Shown in pieces: positions 61,220-64,000 of a stretch of DNA of 64,000 nucleotides; the stretch's first letter is position 1, and every line of letters begins with the position of its first letter. The position numbers and the translations under genes are program-made. The notes below the pieces were generated by a model. The model ran no database searches, was not told the DNA's origin, and saw only the letters and a list, made by a program, of their open reading frames with translations. The stretch covers positions 13,452 through 77,451 of the forward strand of contig JAZSOS010000043.1 in assembly GCA_045537045.1 (NCBI GenBank), in the 5' to 3' direction. The stretch comes from Eubacteriales bacterium. Its GTDB lineage: Bacteria > Bacillota > Clostridia > Oscillospirales > JAAYXM01.

Positions 61220-63607
61220 ATGGACAGTTTATACCAAAAATCACAGAATACACTTGAGCTTGCAAGCGTGCTTGAGCTTCTTGCTGACTATGCGGTAAGC
61301 GACAGCGCCAAGGAACTTGCGCGCTCGCTTTCTCCGAAAACCGATGTATCAGAGGTTCGAGCTTCGCTTGATAAGACGAGTGATGCACGCAGGCTTCTCG
61401 GAATAAAAGGTGCTCCGCCGTTTTCAGGAGTACGCAACCTTTCATCAAGTGTAAAGCGTGCAGAGCGCGGCGGTTCGCTCAACGCCGGAGAGCTTCTGCA
61501 TGTGGCAGAGCTTTTGCGCACGGCAAGAGGCGTGCAGAGCTATCTTGAGGACGACAGAAAAAGCGAAAGAACATCTCTTGACGGGATGTTTGCCGCTTTG
61601 ATGATAAATCGTGCGCTTGAGGACAGAATCCGCTCAGCGATTATCAGCCCCGAGGAAATTGCAGACGGTGCATCGGGAGAGCTGCTGTCAATCCGCAGAC
61701 GCATCCGCCGCAGTGGCGAAAAAGTGCGCGAAGTGCTTGCGCATATCATTTCATCTCCATCTCACGCAAAGCATCTGCAGGAAAACATTATAACGCAGCG
61801 CTCAGGACGTTTTGTTGTTCCCGTAAAAAGTGAGTATAAGAGCGAGATAAAAGGTCTTGTCCACGATGTTTCTTCAACGGGTGCAACCGTGTTTATAGAG
61901 CCTATTGGGGTTGTTGAGCTCAATAACGCATTGCGTGAGCTTGAGGCAGAGGAAAAAAAGGAAATAGAGCGCATCCTTGCGGCGCTTTCTGCTGAGGTCG
62001 CCGAATTTTCGGCAGGTATTGAAACTAATTTTGAAATTCTCTCGCGGCTTGATTTAATTTTCGCGATGGGAAAGCTTTCGTATGCCCAGAACGCAGAGGC
62101 ACCGGCGGTGAACGACAAGGGCATAGTCAATTTAAAGAATGCCCGCCATCCTTTGCTTGACAAAAACAAAACCGTTCCTATTTCCATCCGCCTTGGGCGT
62201 GAGTTTGACACTCTCGTCATCACCGGTCCTAATACCGGCGGTAAAACCGTATCGCTTAAGACTGTGGGGCTTCTCACCCTTATGGCAGAGTGCGGTCTGC
62301 ATATCCCGTGCGACTACGGAAGCGAAATCTCCGTGTTTTCAAAAATATTTGCTGATATCGGCGATGAACAGAGCATAGAACAGTCTCTCTCAACCTTTTC
62401 GTCGCATATGAAAAATATTGTTGAGATAATATCGGAAGCCGATGACAGCTCTCTCGTTCTTGTTGACGAGCTTGGCGCAGGTACCGATCCTGTCGAGGGT
62501 GCGGCGCTGGCTGTTTCGATTATTGAGTATATACGCGCACTCGGTGCAAAGACCGTTGCGACAACACACTATGCAGAGCTTAAAAGCTTTGCGCTTATTA
62601 CCGAGCGCGTTGAAAACGCAAGCTGTGAATTTGATGTAACAACACTAAAACCCACATATCGTCTGCTTATAGGAATACCCGGAAAAAGTAACGCTTTTGC
62701 AATATCGGAGCGTTTGGGGCTCCCGATGAATATAATAAAAGGAGCAGAAAGACTTGTCGAGCGTGAGGACAAACGCTTTGATGAGATTCTATCCCGCCTT
62801 GAGGAAAAGCAAAAGGCGCTTGATACTGAGCTTTCCGAAGCAGGAAGACTCCGCGCGGATGCCGAAAACAGAAAAAGGAAGAGCGAGCAGTTTGAAGAAG
62901 AGCTTGAAAAGCGTAAGATCAGCGTAATCGAAAAAGCGCGTGCTGATGCTGAAAAAATTATTTCGGATGCGCGTGAGGCAGCAGACCGTGCACTTGATGA
63001 AATCAAGGAAATACGAAAGCTTGAAAAGAAAAAAGCAGACCGCAACCTCATCAACGATGCAAGAAGCGCTCTTTCCCGCGGCCTTAACGAGGCGGAAAAG
63101 AACGTAATCCGTGCAAAAGCGCGTCCTACGCCTAAACCGCTTCCGCGAAAACTGCGCGAGGGAGATACCGTAGAGCTTTCTGAACTCGGTCTTCAGGGAA
63201 CTGTTGTCGCCATAGCGGAAAAAACGGGACTACTCACCGTACAGGCGGGAATAATGAAGGTTACGGCAAAGCCGGATGAGGTATCGCTTATTGAAGAAAC
63301 CGGAGAGAAAACTGTAAACCGATTTATCGCAAAGAAAAAGGCAGAGCTTCGCAATATCTCCGTAAAGCCGGAGGTTGACATTCGCGGTCTTGCCTCGGAT
63401 GAAGCGGAATACGTTTTAAACTCGTATCTTGACACCGCGTTTCTTGCAAAGCTTAATACCGTTACCATAATCCACGGAAAGGGAACGGGCGTTCTGCGCA
63501 AGTCCGTGCATGCATATCTCCGTACGCACCCGCATATAAAATCTTTCCGTTTGGGTGTCTACGGAGAGGGTGAAGACGGCGTTACAATTGCCGAACTGAG
63601 AACTTAA
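61220..63607 (+). CDS. mutS2: Endonuclease MutS2 (with C-terminal Smr domain)
   Basis: GPNTGGKT Walker A, DELGAGTDP, C-terminal Smr (IHGKGTGVLR); ATG 61220 with GGAG RBS. Confidence 0.93.
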   Translation: MDSLYQKSQNTLELASVLELLADYAVSDSAKELARSLSPKTDVSEVRASLDKTSDARRLLGIKGAPPFSGVRNLSSSVKRAERGGSLNAGELLHVAELLRTARGVQSYLEDDRKSERTSLDGMFAALMINRALEDRIRSAIISPEEIADGASGELLSIRRRIRRSGEKVREVLAHIISSPSHAKHLQENIITQRSGRFVVPVKSEYKSEIKGLVHDVSSTGATVFIEPIGVVELNNALRELEAEEKKEIERILAALSAEVAEFSAGIETNFEILSRLDLIFAMGKLSYAQNAEAPAVNDKGIVNLKNARHPLLDKNKTVPISIRLGREFDTLVITGPNTGGKTVSLKTVGLLTLMAECGLHIPCDYGSEISVFSKIFADIGDEQSIEQSLSTFSSHMKNIVEIISEADDSSLVLVDELGAGTDPVEGAALAVSIIEYIRALGAKTVATTHYAELKSFALITERVENASCEFDVTTLKPTYRLLIGIPGKSNAFAISERLGLPMNIIKGAERLVEREDKRFDEILSRLEEKQKALDTELSEAGRLRADAENRKRKSEQFEEELEKRKISVIEKARADAEKIISDAREAADRALDEIKEIRKLEKKKADRNLINDARSALSRGLNEAEKNVIRAKARPTPKPLPRKLREGDTVELSELGLQGTVVAIAEKTGLLTVQAGIMKVTAKPDEVSLIEETGEKTVNRFIAKKKAELRNISVKPEVDIRGLASDEAEYVLNSYLDTAFLAKLNTVTIIHGKGTGVLRKSVHAYLRTHPHIKSFRLGVYGEGEDGVTIAELRT

Positions 63608-63664
63608 TACAATAATTGGTTGAAAAAAGTTTTATTTTTTGTGCGTTGTATGCATAAAAAAATA

Positions 63665-63694
63665 TTGACTTATGTACCGGTAATTTGTTATTAT
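63665..63694 (+). promoter_or_regulatory. Candidate promoter TTGACT-18-TATTAT with TG extension
   Basis: Direct reading. Confidence 0.45.
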
Positions 63695-63743
63695 ATATAT
63701 AGACTGATAAAATTTGTAAAATGATTGTGAGGAGACGCTCTAA

Positions 63744-64000
63744 ATGTGTTCTAAAGAAGTAGTTATAAACAACCAGATCGGACTTCGTGCCCGTCCGGCG
63801 ACATTTTTCATCCAGAAGGCAAATGAATTCAAGTGCAGCATACAGGTTGAACGTGAAGAACGTCGCGTAAACGCGAAAAGCCTGCTCGGTGTTCTTTCTC
63901 TCGGTATCGTAAAGGGTACTAAGGTAAATATCATTGCAGATGGTGTTGACGAGGATGAAGCACTTGTCGCGCTTTGTGAGCTTGTCGGGAGCAATTTCTC
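63744..64000 (+). CDS. HPr-family protein with Arg at position 15 (Crh-like), 3'-truncated by window edge
   Basis: MCSKEVVINNQIGLRARPATFF...NAKSLLGVLSLG; Ser46 motif present, His15 replaced. Confidence 0.85.
   Translation, partial: MCSKEVVINNQIGLRARPATFFIQKANEFKCSIQVEREERRVNAKSLLGVLSLGIVKGTKVNIIADGVDEDEALVALCELVGSNF

Overview
This window is a Clostridia-type (sporulating Firmicute) chromosome segment. All calls rest on reading the sequence and ORF track and on recalled family motifs; no searches were run.

Positions 1 to about 25.8 kb are the right-hand part of a siphovirus-type prophage, read almost entirely on the + strand. In order it contains:
- the end of a replication gene with an iteron/AT-rich candidate origin
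- a run of small overlapping Cys-rich ORFs
- a sigma-region-4-type late activator
- TerS and TerL, portal, and a minor-capsid protein with an AT-rich add-on C-terminal domain
- scaffold, major capsid and neck proteins
- major tail protein and a chaperone pair
- a 2.75-kb AT-rich accessory island that splits the tail module
- tape measure and distal tail/fibre proteins
- a holin, two wall-degrading enzymes and an XhlA-like protein
- a minus-strand XRE/small-ORF pair at the prophage end

No integrase lies in the window. The prophage abuts a tRNA cluster (Val on the - strand; Asp and Thr on the + strand).

The remaining ~38 kb is core chromosome. It carries a YyaL-like thioredoxin-domain protein, sigK (intact), ispF, ispD, CarD, valS and a divergent EF-G paralog. 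Next is a cobalamin riboswitch controlling an operon of transcobalamin-like surface proteins plus an ECF transporter with a fused A-A'-S polypeptide. Then come a nucleotidyltransferase, a flavin reductase-like gene, spoIIAA-spoIIAB-sigF, an OmpR/HK two-component pair with HtrA, two FemAB paralogs, a YlbJ-like protein, rlmB, a degenerate P-type-ATPase-like protein, era, recO, mutS2 and a 3'-truncated HPr-like gene with Arg at position 15.

The candidates I consider most worth following up are:
- the in-frame moron in the minor-capsid gene: a perfect sigma-A promoter, a JAB-like domain, a small ORF and a terminator
- the structured leader plus terminator in front of a Zn-ribbon/glycine-zipper/SHOCT gene
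- the consensus-promoter mini-peptide cassette in the tail-module island
- the B12-riboswitch-controlled surface capture/ECF system
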